A stretch of 62,000 bases of DNA. It comes from Malacoraja senta. Taxonomy: Eukaryota. This document shows positions 11,143-24,749 of the stretch, piece by piece. A model generated the notes under the pieces. That model had not been told where the DNA came from. It worked only from the letters and a program-made list of their open reading frames with translations, and searched no databases. Made by a program: the position numbers and the translations under genes. The number at the start of each line of letters is the position of its first letter. The stretch's first letter is position 1. Where the stretch lies: assembly GCA_038087875.1 (NCBI GenBank), contig CM075995.1:496001-558000 (forward strand), written 5' to 3'.

Positions 11143-12867
11143 TTAAAGTAAGATATCAAAATACCACCATCATTCAATAATAATCTTGACAAATTATCAC
11201 CAGGTTCAATTATTAACATTCAGCAATATAGCTTTAGTTTAGAGTTAAAGTGTGAGAGTAAGAGGTCCTTCAGCCCACCAGCTATCCCCGTACACGAGGA
11301 CAACCCTACACACATGGCGGCACAGTGGCGTTGTGGTAGAGCTACTGATTTACAGCGCCAGGGACCCTGGTTCGATCCTAACTAAGGTGCTTGTCTGTAC
11401 GGTGTTTGTACATACTCCCCGTGACCTGCGTGGGTTGTCTCCGAGATCTTTGGTCTCCAAAGACGTACAGGTTTTTAGGTTGATTTGGCTTTGGTAAAAA
11501 AAATTATAAATTGTCCCTAGTGTGTTCAGTTTAGTTTAGAGATACAGCACGGAAACGGGCCCTTCGGCCCACCGAGTCCCCGCCAACCAGCGATCCCCGC
11601 ACATTAACACTACCCTACACACACTAGGGACCAATTTCACATTCATACCAAGCCAATTAACCTACAAAGCTGCACGTCTTTGGAGTGTGGGAGGAAACCC
11701 GAGCACCCGGGGAAAACCCACGCTGTCACGGGGAGAACGTACAAACTCCCTAAGTCAACAACTCTGCGGCTACACCACAGTGCCAGCCCTCTATTTTTGC
11801 AAAAGTAGCGGAAATTAAGGTTCAGTACAGTCGTAGGTACAAAATCATAGGTAAGACGGCTGGGTGACATGAGCAAGCAGACCAGCATTGCTGGGACAGA
11901 ATGGTGCAGTAACCAACGCAGTGTTACAGCTCCATAATTGCATATTTTTGCAAAAAGATACAAGGTTCAATCCGTCACCTATTTCCTTCGCTCCATAGAT
12001 GCTGGCTCACCCGCTGAGTTTCCCCAGCATTTTCGTCTACCTTGGATTTTTCCAGCATCTGCACTTCTTTCTTGGACAAAGCAGGTTCAGTAAAGTCCCT
12101 GCTCTGGACTTCAATAAAAAACATGCCGCCAAATTCTTTTGGGCAATACCAAAGGGAAAGCTTAACACCTGGAGGCTCAAATCCAGACGAATTATTTCAC
12201 ATCAGCTCACACCTGCCGATTCGAGAGTGAACGTAAAATATCCCATGGCAGTATTTGACTATAACAGTAGAGTTACAGATCGAAATCAGTTGCAAAATGC
12301 CTTAAAAGAATTTGGGCGGCACGGTGGCACACCAGTAGAGTTGCTGCCTCACAGCGCCAGAGACCCAGGTTCAATCCTGACTACGGGTGCTCTCTGTACG
12401 GAGTTTGCATGTTCTCCCCGTGACTTGTGTGGGTTTTCTCCGGGAGCTCTGGTTTCCTCCAACACTCCAAAGACGTACAGATTTGTAGATTAATTGGCTT
12501 GGCAAAATTGTAAATTGTCTCTAGTGTATAGTATATAGTGTTAAGGGCGGCAGAGTTGTTGCCTTACAACGCCAGAGACCCGGGTTCGATCCTGACTCTG
12601 GGTGCTGTCTGCACAGAGTTTGTACCTTCTCCCCGTGTCCGCGTCAGTTTTCAACAGGACCTCCGGTTTCCACCCACGCTACAAAGACGTGTACGTTAAT
12701 TAGCTTGGTAAAATTGTAAATTGTCCCTCGTGTGTGCAGGTTAGTTCTAGTGTACGGGGTGATCGCTGGTCAGCACGGACTCGGGGGCTGAAGGGCCTGT
12801 TTCTGCACTGCATCTCTAATTTAAACCAAAACTACCCCTCCCAATCACACACTGACTTTGGCAATGG

Positions 12868-13985
12868 AGGGGGCCCTGGGCAAATTGGAGGAAAAGCACC
12901 TCATATTTCGCTTGGGCAGCTTACACCCCAGCGGTATGAATATTGAGTTCTCTAACTTCCTCTCTCCCCCTCTCTCCCCTCCCCCTCTCCTCCTCTCACC
13001 CCACCCCCTCTCCCCCTCTCCTTCCCTCTCCCCCTCTTCCCATTACTCCCCCTTCCCAGTTCGCCGACCAGTCTGACTGTCCCTGATTATTTTTTTCTGT
13101 TTGCTTTGTTGTTACCTTCTCCTAGCTAACAATGATCTATTCTACATCTTCCTTAGCAAAAGGATTTGAGTATAGGAGCAGGGAGGTTCTACTGCAGTTG
13201 TACAGGGTCTTGGTGAGACCACACCTGGAGTATTGCGCACAGTTTTGGTCTCCAAATCTGAGGAAAGACATTCTTGCCATAGAGGGAGTACAGAGAAGGT
13301 TCACCAGACTGATTCCTGGGATGTCAGGACTTTCATATGAAGAAAGACTGGATAGACTCGGCTTGTACTCGCTAGAATCTAGAATTTAGAATTTAGAAAC
13401 TTACAACATTCTTAAGGGGTTGGACAGGCTAGATGCAGGAAGATTGTTCCCGATGTTGGGGAAGTCCAGAACAAGGGGTCACAGTTTAAGGATAAGGGGG
13501 AAGTCTTTTAGGACTGAGATGAGAAAAACATTTTCCACACAGAGAGTGGTGAATCTGTGGAATTCTCTGCCACAGAAGGTAGTTGAGGCCAGTTCACTGG
13601 CTATATTTAAGAGGGGAGTTAGATGTGGCCCTTGTGGCTAAGGGGATCAGGGGGTATGGAGAGAAGGCAGGTACAGGATACTGAGTTGGATGATCAGCCA
13701 TGATCATATTGAATGGCGGTGCTGGCTCGAAGGGCCGAATGGCCTACTCCTGCACCTATTTTCTACGTTTCTATGTTTCCTTGATCTCCACCCCCTTTGA
13801 TGTCCCATTCTCACACCTTTCACTTCCTTATCTCTGTATTTCCCCCTCCCCTCTCAGTCTGAATGGTCTCGACCCGAAACGTCACCCATTCCTTCTCTCC
13901 AGAGATGCTGCCTGTCCAGCTGAGCTACTCCAGCATTATATTTCTATCTTCGGTTTAAACCAGCATCTGCAGTTCCTTCCTACAC
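12868..13985 (+). mobile_element. Penelope-like element 3' end, split by CR1
   Basis: KLEEKHLIFRLGSLHPSGMNIEFSNF resembles a PLE GIY-YIG C-terminus. Followed by a pyrimidine-rich UTR and the terminal repeat found throughout the window. Confidence 0.75.
13155..13776 (+). mobile_element. CR1-clade LINE 3' fragment
   Basis: Encodes LYRVLVRPHLEYCAQFWSP...RTRGHSL...QRVVNLWNSLP. Flanked by a TTCCTT duplication (13149-13154, 13777-13782) inside a Penelope-like 3' UTR. Confidence 0.9.
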
Positions 13986-15164
13986 AAAAACTAAACTCAC
14001 AATCTCAGAACGTAGCAGAACAGAATATGTGAAAAGGATTAGTAATACAGTGATTAAATAACCAGGATAGGCACAAAATGCTGGAGTATCTCAGCGGAAC
14101 AGGCAGCATCTCTGGATAGAAGGAATGGGTGACGTTTCGGGTCGAGACCACCCGAAATGTCACCCATTCCTTATCTCCAGAAATGCTGCCTCCTCCAGCA
14201 TTTTGTGCCTGTCTTCGGTGTAAACCAGCATCTGCAGTTCCTTTCTACACAGCTATGCAGAGGTTTGGACTATTGATGAGATACAACTTCAAGCCCACTC
14301 TGGCAGCTGGAGATTTGAATTGTGAATTCAATAATTTCATTTTCGGATTTACAAGCCATGGCAACCACAAAACCATCACCACAAGGGCCCGTAGGTTCAC
14401 TCATCTCCCTCAGGGAATGAAATCCACCATCCTGAACCAATATGATCTCTGAGAGTTGAGATATATTGTAACACCTTGTTTTAAAGGGCCTCTTTATAAT
14501 GGCTTTTGGTTATGGCAGCCGGACCTACCGACACAGCCGGTGACACCCTCTTCTCACCTCTCCCATCCGGGCAAAAGGTACAGAAGTGTGAAAACGCACA
14601 CCTCCAGATTGAGGAACTGTTCTTCCCAGCTGTTATCAGGCAACTGAACCATCCTACCACAACCAGAGAGAAATGCTGAACTATCTATCTACCTCATTGG
14701 TGATCTTCAGACTATCTTTGATCGGACTTTACTGGCTTTACCTTGCACTAAACGTAATTCCCTTATCACGTATATATACACTGAAAAATGGCTTGATTGT
14801 AATCATGTATTATCTTCCCGCTGACTGGTTAGCACGCATCAAAAACTTTTCACTGTACCTTGGCACACGTGACAATAAACGAAACTAAACTCACGGTACA
14901 CCAGCAGAGCCTTCATTACCAGTTGCCGCACCATTCGCTTGACGTGGCTGTTGTTGCAGCTTACACTGCTATGCTTCCTTCAGGCCACCACCACCATGGG
15001 GTTCCCTTCCTTCTCACCAGCTGCTGCTTCTTCCTGTCGGCCGTTGCTTTATCCACTCGGCCTCTCTTTTAGTTCTCTAGTTCCACACCCCACACCCCCA
15101 GCGATCTTCCTTCTCCCCCATAGTCGCTGAAATACTCCATCTTGGAAAAGGCCTATAGCCTTTA

Positions 15165-15565
15165 CTTACTTAGACTTAGTTCCTCCCACACTGTCGAGTG
15201 CATTGGGCAGCAAGCTTTCGCCATTTTGTTCGGTTACGTGCGACGTCTTCCACCCTCGTTAGGCTTGCGTCCCAGGCTTCCAAATCCTTCTAGAATGTTC
15301 GCCTCCATGTGAGTTTTGGTCGGCCTCTTTTCCTTCTTCCGTCAGCTTGCCATGTCATTGCTATCTTCGTTGCACGTTCTGGTGACATTCTGAGTACATG
15401 TCCTGCAAATTTCATCCTGCGTCCCTCTATGTCCTGGCTGAGAGGCTTTGTTGCGGTTTCACGGTAGATCTCCTCGTTTGATGTGGTGTCTGTAGCTAGT
15501 CTTCAGGATCTTCCTCAAGCAGCGTTGTTGGAATGCATCAATTTTTTTTTCATCTTCACATTGCC
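15165..15565 (-). mobile_element. RTE-clade LINE 3' fragment
   Basis: Minus strand encodes DAFQQRCLRKIL...SNEEIY...RRMKFAGHVLRM...GRRKRGRPKLTWRRT...RNRTKWRKL with an AAGT-type tail. Confidence 0.85.
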
Positions 15566-15876
15566 TTTAATCCTCCTATATTTCAAAAATGTATTTACCC
15601 CATCCCGTACTAATCAACACTTGAGATTGGCAGATTGTTAACTAGTACGGGTGTCAGGGCTTTATGAGGAGAAGGCAGGAGAATGGGGTTGAGAGTGAAA
15701 GATACGTCAGTTATGATAGAATGGCAGAGTAAACAGGATGGGCTGAATGGCCTAATTCTGCTCCGAGAACTTATGAATATCCTCAACAATTGAGGATACC
15801 AATGGAGAATCCTCTATCATCTTCAAACAAAAAAAAAAAGCCTTGAAGACCAACCTCATCATCATTGAAGAAGTCA

Positions 15877-16210
15877 AGGGCCTGTCTCACTTACGCAACT
15901 TTTTCGGCGACTGCCGGCACCCGTCATAGGTCGTTACAGGTCGCTGAAAATTTTCAACATGTTGAAAATCCAGCGGCGACCAGAACAAGGTACGACTCTA
16001 TGGGCGACTACTCACGACCATGCAGGCTTCTCCCCGCGCGCGACATGTCGCCAGGGTGTTGCCTGTATGGTAGTGAGTAGTCTCCTAGTCACTCAAAGAG
16101 TTGTAGCGTCTTTCTGGTCGCCGCTGAATTTTCAACATGTTGAAAATTTTCGGCGACCTATGACAGGTGCTGGCAGTCGCCGAAAAAGCCGCGAAAGTGG
16201 GACAGGCCCT
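15877..16210. mobile_element. PIF/Harbinger-type MITE
   Basis: AGGGCCTGTCTCACTT...AAGTGGGACAGGCCCT, near-complete palindrome, TCA TSD. Confidence 0.85.
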
Positions 16211-16529
16211 TCAGTCTTCATAAAATTGAATTTACTTCACATGGTATCAAGGAAAACCCGAGCTTAATGTAAAAAAGCAACAATGGAATTCATTGGCACA
16301 CAAACATTGTGCAAGAGGTGTGCGATAGTATTATTTCCAGCTCTAGGCAACTTGCACTCAATTCAGCTACAACAGTTGTACCTGACAACTTGGCAAATTG
16401 CCTATGTATATCCTATTCACAACAGCATGACAAATTAAGCCAATTAACACCCCATCAGACCACTCATTCATCAACACTATTGGAAGATGTCTTCAATAGA
16501 GTTAACAAGTGACACATACCTATTAGTTT

Positions 16530-18105
16530 CAAGTCAAGTCAAGTCAAGTCAAGTGAGTTTATTGTCATGTGTCCCTGGTAGGACAATGAAATTCTTGCTT
16601 TGCTTGAGCACAGAACATAAGTAGGCATTTACTACAAGGCATTCTATAAATATATACACAATGGTCAATATACTGATAAAGTGCAAATAACAGTATTGGC
16701 TAGTAAAGTTCAGTGTTATGTCCGAGCCAGGTTTAATAGCCTGATGGCTGTGGGGAAGTAGCTATTCCTGAACCTGGTCGTTGCAGTCTTCAGGCTCCTG
16801 TACCTTCTACCTGAAGGTAGTAGGGAGATGAGTGTGTGGCCAGGATGATGTGGGTCCTTGATGATGCTGCCAGCCTTATTGAGGCAGCGACTGTGGTAGA
16901 TCCCCTCGATGGAAGGGAGGTCAGAGCCGATGATGGACTGGGCAGTGTTTACTACTCTTTGTAGTCTTTTCCTCTCCAGGGCACTCAAGTTGCCGAACCA
17001 TGCCACGATGCAACCGGTCAGCATGCTCTCTACTGTGCACCTGTAGAAGTTAGAGAGAGTCCTCCTTGACAAACCGACTCTCCGTAATCTTCTCAGGAAA
17101 TAGAGGCGCTGATGTGCTTTCTTAATAATGGCATCATTGTTCTCGGACCAGGAAAGATCTTCAGAGATGTGCACGCCCAGGAATTGAAGCTCTTGACCCT
17201 TTCAACCATCGACCCGTTGATATAAACGGGACTGTGGGTCCCCATCCTACTCCTTCCAAAGTCCACAATCAGTTCCTTGGTTTTGCTGGTGTTGAGGGCC
17301 AGGTTGTTGTGCTGGCACCATATGGACAGTTGCTCGATCTCTCTTCTATACTCTGACTCATCCCCATCAGTGATACGTCCCACAACAGTGGTGTCATCAG
17401 CGAACTTGATGATGGAGTTTGCACTATGTCCGGCTACGCAGTCATGAGTATAGAGTGAGTACAGCAGGGGACTGAGCACGCAGCCTTGAGGTGCTCCCGT
17501 GCTGATTGTTATCGAGTCTGACACATTTCCACCAATACGAACAGACTGTGTTCTGAGAGTGAGGAAGTCGAGGATCCAATTGCAGAGGGATGCGCAGAGA
17601 CCCAGTTCTGCGAGTTTGGTAACCAGCTTGGAGGGGATGATTGTGTTAAATGCCGAGCTGTAATCGATGAATAACAGCCTGACATATGAGTTTTTGTTGT
17701 CCAAGTGGTCCAGAGCGGAGTGGAGGGCCAGCGAGATCATCCACCGTTGATCTGTTGTGGCGGTAAGCGAACTGCAGTGGGTCCAGGTTTTTGTCGAGGT
17801 AAGAGTTGATCTGCGTCATGATCAACCTCTCAAAGCACTTCATCACCACAGGCGTTAGTGCCACAGGTCGATAGTCATTGAGGCACGTTACCTTACTCTT
17901 CTTGGGCACTGGTATAATTGATGCCCTTTTGAAGCAGGTGGGAACCTCAGACCTCAGAAGTGAGAGGTTGAAAATGTCTGTAAAAACTCCAGCCAGTTGG
18001 TCCGCACAGGTTTTTAGAACGCGACCAGGTATACCATCAGGTCCAGGTGCTTTTCGAGGGTTCACCCCTCTGAAGGATTTCCTGACGTCGACCTCTGTGA
18101 CTGAG
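16530..18105 (-). mobile_element. Rex1/Babar-like LINE, 5'-truncated RT region plus 3' UTR, frameshifted
   Basis: Three overlapping minus ORFs give [66 protein letters not shown] and LLPSGRRYRS. Ends in a GACAATAAA plus (CTTGA)n tail. Confidence 0.9.
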
Positions 18106-20581
18106 TTTTTAGAATAGTTCCGAGATATGGCATGGAAACAGGCCCTTCGGCCCACCGAGTCCACTCCAACCAGCGATCCCCGCACATTAGCACTATCCTA
18201 CACATACTCGGGACAATTTACATTTACACGGAGCCAATTAACCTGTATGTCTTTGGAATGTGGAATGAAACTGGAACGTCTTGGAAAAACTCACATGGTC
18301 ACGGGGGGAACGTACAAACTCCGTACAGACAGCACCTGTAGTCGGGATCGAACACGGGTCTCTGGCGCTGTCATCACTGTGAGGCAGCAACTCTACCGCT
18401 GCGCCAGCGTGCCACTCGAGTCCGATGTTGGGTTCATCCCTCAACTCATACATCATGGGTCGTGGAAACATGACGTTTGTTCCTCCTTCTTTGCTGATGC
18501 AAAATTCTTTGCGAATAACGATATGATAATGGCCTAATCATAACGACTCCAGCAGCTCGCCATCTACTCGTCAAGGCTGAGTAACGATGGTTTTCACTGT
18601 TGTTCTGAGTACTGACAGGAAATATTTTATATAGGAAGGAACTGCAGGTGCTGGTTTCCACCGAAGATAGACACAAAATGCTGGAGTAACTCAGCGGGAC
18701 AGGCAGCATCTCTGGAGAGAAGGAACGGGTGGCGTTTAGGGTCGAGACTCTCACTCAACCAAAGTGATTCCATCTTCAACTATTCAGTTGCTGCTAAATT
18801 CATATTTTCCAGTGAAAGTCTTGGGGCGGCACAGTGGCACGGCTGGTAGAACCGCTCTCTCACAGTGCCAGAGTCCCTGGTTCAATCCTGACCTCGGGTG
18901 CTGTTTTTTGTGGAGTTTGCACCGCGTTTGAGTTTCCTCCGGGTGCTCTGGTTTCCTCCCACATCACAAAGATGTGCAGGTTTGTAGGTTAATTGGGCCT
19001 CTGTAAATTTCCCCTTGGTCTGTAGGAGGTGGACGTGAAAGAGGGATAGCATAAAACTAGTGTGAACGGGCGGTCAATGATCAGCATGGACTCAGTGGGC
19101 CGAAGAGCCTTTTTCCATGCAGTATCTTTTAATCAATCAATCATTGTTATACGTGTTAAAGAAGGAACTGCAGATGCTGGAAAATCGAAGGTACACAAAA
19201 ATGCTGGAGAAACTCAGCGGGTGCAGCAGCATCTATGGAGCGAAGGAAATAGGTAACGTTTCAGGCCGAAACCCTTCTTCAGATCATTAACACTGTATAA
19301 TCATTGTTATACAATTGTTATACTATTCTTATACCAATGTGTTTCTGAATTTTGTTGTTGTCTTTTTTGGATCGAATTTCTGTCTTTAATTTGTGTATTG
19401 GTGATGTCTTTATAACTTATTTTACTCTGATTATATGTTTCTTTGTTACATTTTGTAAGGTGTCCTTGAGACTTTTGTATAGGCGCCCATAAATAAAATC
19501 TATTATTATTATTATTATTATAATGTAAAACACTTTGGCCAACGAGAATTGTTTTTTAAATGTGCTATATAAATAAAAGTGACTTGACTTGAATCAAACA
19601 TTTCCGAAGATAGACACAAAAAGCTGGAGTAACTCAGCAGGTCAGACAGCATCTCTGGAGGAAAGGAAAGGTGATGTTTCAGGTCGAGTGCAAAGAAGGG
19701 CCTCGAGCTGAAATGTCACCCATTCCTTTTCTCCAGAGACACTGCCTACCCCGTTTGAGTTACTCCAGCCCTTTGTGTCTATCTTCGGTATAAACCAGCA
19801 TCTGTAGTTCCTTCCTACACAATAAATCAAACAGTTGGGATGCAGCAATGTCCTCCACATAACTGGAATACAGAAGAAACAGAATAGTTAACCAGTACTC
19901 CGTGCTGGAAATTGCATGTTAAAATATGGACTTGCAATCAAACTAAAATAATTCAGAATTGGCCAACCATGCATGTTATTTGTGGATCTGCTTCACAGCG
20001 ATTGCCCCTCTCTGCAGACCAGTGAAATTTCAATTGGATTTATAAAAAAAACAGTAAGCCCTCCCGCCGACTCACATCCACTGAGCAGCGACTGCACACA
20101 GACTAACAATACGGGCAGCTGAAAGCATTTCATTGCCTGGCCCAGTGGCGTGCCTGGGTTGAGATTCAAATGAAAAACCTCCAAGCAAAGGAGGGTGAAT
20201 TATTCTGCCACAGCGTTGAGGCAGACAATGTCTAAACTTATTATATGGGAAGGAACTGCAGGTGCGGGTTAAACCGCAGATAGACACAAAAAGCTGGAGT
20301 AACTCAGCGGGTCAGACAGCATCTCAGGAGAAAAAGAATAGGTGATGTTTCAGGTCAAGACCCTTCTTCAGACTACTTAGTGACAATGCATATCATAGTC
20401 ATATAGTGTGGGAACAGGCCCTTCGGCTCAACTTGTCCCCACCAGCCAACATGTCCCATCTACACTAGTCTCACCTGCATGCGTTTGCCCATATCCCTAT
20501 AAACCTGTCCTATCCATGTACCTGTCCAAATGCTTCTTAAATGTTGCCTCAACTACCTCCTCCAGCAGCTCATTCCATCCA

Positions 20582-21280
20582 TCAGGAGGAGCCGCCATCT
20601 TGGACGAACGGCTGCTAAACTGCAGCCGTCCGTCAAATTCACTTTTTGTTTCGTTTTAGCTTTTTTTATTTCTTTGTTTGTTTGGGGAATTTTGACTTTT
20701 AATGTGGGGGGGTAAGGGGGAAACTATTTCTGGGTCCCTACCTGGTCGGTGAGGCAGCTTTTTCTCCAGGCTGCCTCGTCGACCCGTCCTCGTGGCCTAC
20801 CAGCGGGCATGGAGCGCCGTTTCCTGACGGGACCGCCCAGCACCTTCAGCTTCGGTGGCGGCACAGTGCTGGAGCGCTATCGGGGAGCGTAGCGGGCGAT
20901 GCCTTGCCTGGGTCGCCGCGCTGGATCGACGCGCTGGAGCGTTGACCGCCGAGATCAACACCTCCGGGCTGCGGGTCTGCGGAGCGACCAGCTGCGGGCG
21001 GCGGCGCCGACTCCAACATCGGGAGCCTTGTGGCTCCAAATCAGCGCGGCCCTGTCGGCTTCAGGTGCCATCGACTCCGCTGGGAAACCGGCCGTTCCAG
21101 CCGCTGCGAGGACTCTCCCGACAGCCAGGAACATCGGGCCTCTGTAGAGGCAACTGTGGTGGCCTCGATCGGCCTGACTCTGGGGAGAACTGGGGTTGGG
21201 GACTGGACATTGTGCCTTCCCCCACAGTGGTGGTCATTGTGGGGGGATGATTTTGTGTGCTGTGCCTGTTAGTCTGTGTG
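20582..21280 (+). mobile_element. Related composite GC-rich retroposon (3' end interrupted)
   Basis: AACGGCTGC..CTGCAGCCGTCCGTC head, T-rich block, GGGGGAAAC block, GC core, GTGCCTTCCCCCACAGTG box. Confidence 0.6.
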
Positions 21281-21284
21281 CAAG

Positions 21285-21532
21285 ATGGCGGTCGGAGGGG
21301 AGAGTGGACGCTGGCGCGGTTTGGTCGCCGCTGCTCTCTCCTCAAATTGTGTTTCTTATTTTCATTTGGTGCTTTTGAAATTGAATTCTGTCCTTGATTT
21401 GTGTATTGTGGTGTTTTTATATTTAATTTACTCCGATTATGTGTTTTGTATTATTGTGATTCTATGCCTTGTAAGGTGTCCTTGGGTTTTAGAAAGGCGC
21501 CAGTAAATAAAATGAATTATTATTATTATTAT
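21285..21532 (+). mobile_element. Short retroposon with L2-like tail (second copy)
   Basis: Matches the reverse complement of 2123-2372. Confidence 0.75.
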
Positions 21533-23924
21533 CCACCCACCACCCTTTGTGTGAAAAGATTACTCCTTGGGTTCCTTTTAAATCTTTCCCCCAAATAATC
21601 CTAAAATAGTTAAGATCTAAAAAGATATTTTAAGCAGTTTATAGTTGTCTATAGGATCACGATCACAAGTTATAGGAGAACTAGGCCATTTGGCCCATCG
21701 AGTCTACTCCGCCATTCAATCATGGCTGATCTCTGTCTCTTAATCCCATTTTCCTGCCTTCACCCCATAACCCCCGACACCCGTTCTAATCAATAATTTG
21801 TCTATCTCTGCCTTAAAAATATACACTGACGGCCTCCACTAGACAATAGACAATAGGTGCAGGAGTAGGCCATTCAGCCCTTCGAGGTAGCAACGCCATT
21901 CAATGTGATCATGGCTGATCATCCCCAATCAGTACCCCGTTCCTGCCTTCTCCCCATATCCCCTGACTCCGCTATCTTTAAGAGCTCTATCTATCTATCC
22001 ACAGCCGTGTGGCAATGAGTTCCATAGATTAACTACCCTCTGACTAAAGAAGTTCCAAAGATCCAAAGAAGATGTTACAGTGGGTTGATCTATTGCCATT
22101 TTCCGTAAAGGGGAGAGAGCACAAAGCAAGACTTTGATGGTGCTGTTTCTGAGTGACCTTGACGCACAATATTTATACTGATCGCCACTTCATGCTCGAG
22201 ACGATCAATAACTGATTACTTGAAAACTAAGGATACAAGGTTATGTTTCACAAGGCAGTAGCAGCAGGCTAAAAGCTAAATCCAAAAAGATAACTTATTA
22301 TGAGGCAAGTTCCTCCAATGCCCCATTTTACCGTCAGAGAATTCGCAAATGCCAACTTGACCATTTAGAGTCATAGAGACTTTCAACATGGAAATAGGCT
22401 CTTTGGCCCAACTTACCCACGCCAACCAACATGTTCCATCTACACTAGTCTCACCTGCCTGCGTTTGACTAATATCCCTCTAAACATGTCCTTTCCATGT
22501 ACCTGTCTAAATGTTTCTTAACAGTTGCGATAGTCCCTGCCTCAACTACCTCCTCCGGCAGCTGGTTCTATACACCCACCACCCTTTGTGTGAAAAAGTT
22601 ACCCCTCAGGACCCTATTAAATCTTTCCCCCCTCACCTTAAACCTATGTCCTCTGGTTCTCGATTCTCCTGCTCTGGGCAAGAGACTCTGGGCAGTGGAG
22701 GCCAAATCACTGGATGGATTTCAGAGAGAGTTAGATAGACCTCCAAGGGCTAGTGGAATCAAGGGATATGGGGAGAAGGCAGGCACGGGTTATTGATTGA
22801 GGACGATCAGCCACGATCACAATGAATGGCGGTGCTGGCTCGAAGGGCCGACTGGCCTCCTCCTGCACCTATTTTCTATGTCTATGTCTATGTTTGCATG
22901 GGCTTTTGATTTTAAAAAGCTGCTTTTACACTCCTCCAAGTTGAAGTTAAGACACCTTTCCCCCCCCCCCCCAGGCAAAAGAATAAACCTGGCAGCCACA
23001 TTTCCAAAGTGAACAAACCTTGACCACTGTAATGAGCACAGCTGCCCAGACCTGAATGAACACTGCACCATCAGAAGGAACCGCAGGCTCAATCCATAAT
23101 CATTACTCAGTTCGTCCCCACCCCTTCCATTAAAAGGCAGACAGAACCTTCAGTAGGGTGGGTCGCAGATTAAGTAATTCTGCAGCTGAAGCCTTTCATC
23201 AAAATGATTTACAATTTTCTACTTGCATTCAACAGGCTGTAACGATTGTCTTTAAAAAAAAAAACAAGGACCAAGGTCTAACACCTTGCACATTACAAAT
23301 TTACAAACCGAGACAATTGTGCTTTAGAAGCACAAGCCAATACAGGAGGCTATTTCTGCAGCTTCGGCAGCACTGCGAACTTGTATCATTTGTGAATGTT
23401 GCAATCCATCATCTGTTTATAAGCAGCACAGTCGAGCACATGGAATGTTCAGATGTGCCGTAGAAAGCAGGATGCATCACGGCATGGTTTGGGAACAGCT
23501 CCATCCAAGACCACAAGAAATTGCAGAGAATTGTGGACGCAGCCCAGACCATCACACAAACCAACCTTCAGTCTGAAGAAAGGTCTCGACCAGAAACATC
23601 ACCCATTCCTTCTATTCCAGAGATGCTGCCTGTCCCGCTGAGTTACTCCAGCATTTTGTGTCTATCTGCACTTTAAACCAGTTCCTTCCTACTCCTTTCC
23701 ATTGACTCCATTTACACCTCATGCTGCCTCGGCAAGGCCATCAGTATAATCAAGGATGTGTCACACCCTCTTCTCCCCTCTCCCGTCGGGCAAAAGGTAT
23801 AGAAGTCTGAAAACGCATACCTCTAGATTCAGGGACAGTTTCTTCCCAGCTGTTATCGCGCAACTGAACCATCCAACCAACAATTAGAGAGCAGTCCTGA
23901 GCAACTATCTACCTCATTGAAGAC

Positions 23925-24718
23925 CCCGATCCAGAACTGGCACTGTTTGGATGCTCCGAGACTGCTTTGAACTTCACGTCTGAAGAACAACAAGCACTGA
24001 TGCTTGGTATGGTGGCAGCCAAGAAAATGATCCTAACAGACTGGAAATCATCCACACACCCCTGCTTCGAAAAATGGTTCAATCAAATGATAATAATCAT
24101 ACAGATGGAAAGGATAACGCTTCCACAACTCCAAGGTACCCAACAACCTTTTAAGTGTTTGGGGACCATTTATCAACCGTCTCAAAGACCAATAATTTCA
24201 TATTTTCTGCAGCGATGTAGTCCTGTGCTCTTTACTTGTGCTCTTGTAATGCCTGACTGTGTAGCACCATGTGGACTGTGGACTGTGTAGCACCATGTGG
24301 ACTGTGGACTGTGTAGCACCATGTGGACTGTGTAGCACCATGTGGACTGTGGACTGTGTAGCACCATGTGGACTGTGGACTGTGTAGCACCATGTGGACT
24401 GTGTAGCACCATGTGGACTGTGGACTGTGTAGCACCATGTGGACTGTGGACTGTGTAGCACCATGTGGACTGTGTAGCACCATGTGGACTGTGGACTGTG
24501 TAGCACCATGTGGACTGTGGACTGTGTAGCACCATGTGGACTGTGTAGCACCATGTGGACTGTGTAGCACCATGTGGACTGTGGACTGTGTAGCACCATG
24601 TGGACTGTGGACTGTGTAGCACCATGTGTTATGTCTGCCGGCTTTTTCTGTTGTCTTTTTATTTCTTTCTTTTCTTTCTCTTTTGTGTTTTGTTCTGTTT
24701 GTTTAAAAAATAAAAAAA

Positions 24719-24749
<31 letters not shown>

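Noticed and set aside
18553..18572. CTCF-like motif CTCGCCATCTACTCG
   Set aside because: Mismatches at core positions; not distinguishable from chance without a scan or ChIP data.
24255..24628. Regular repeat array resembling CRISPR
   Set aside because: No unique spacers, no cas genes and a eukaryotic context; it is a minisatellite.
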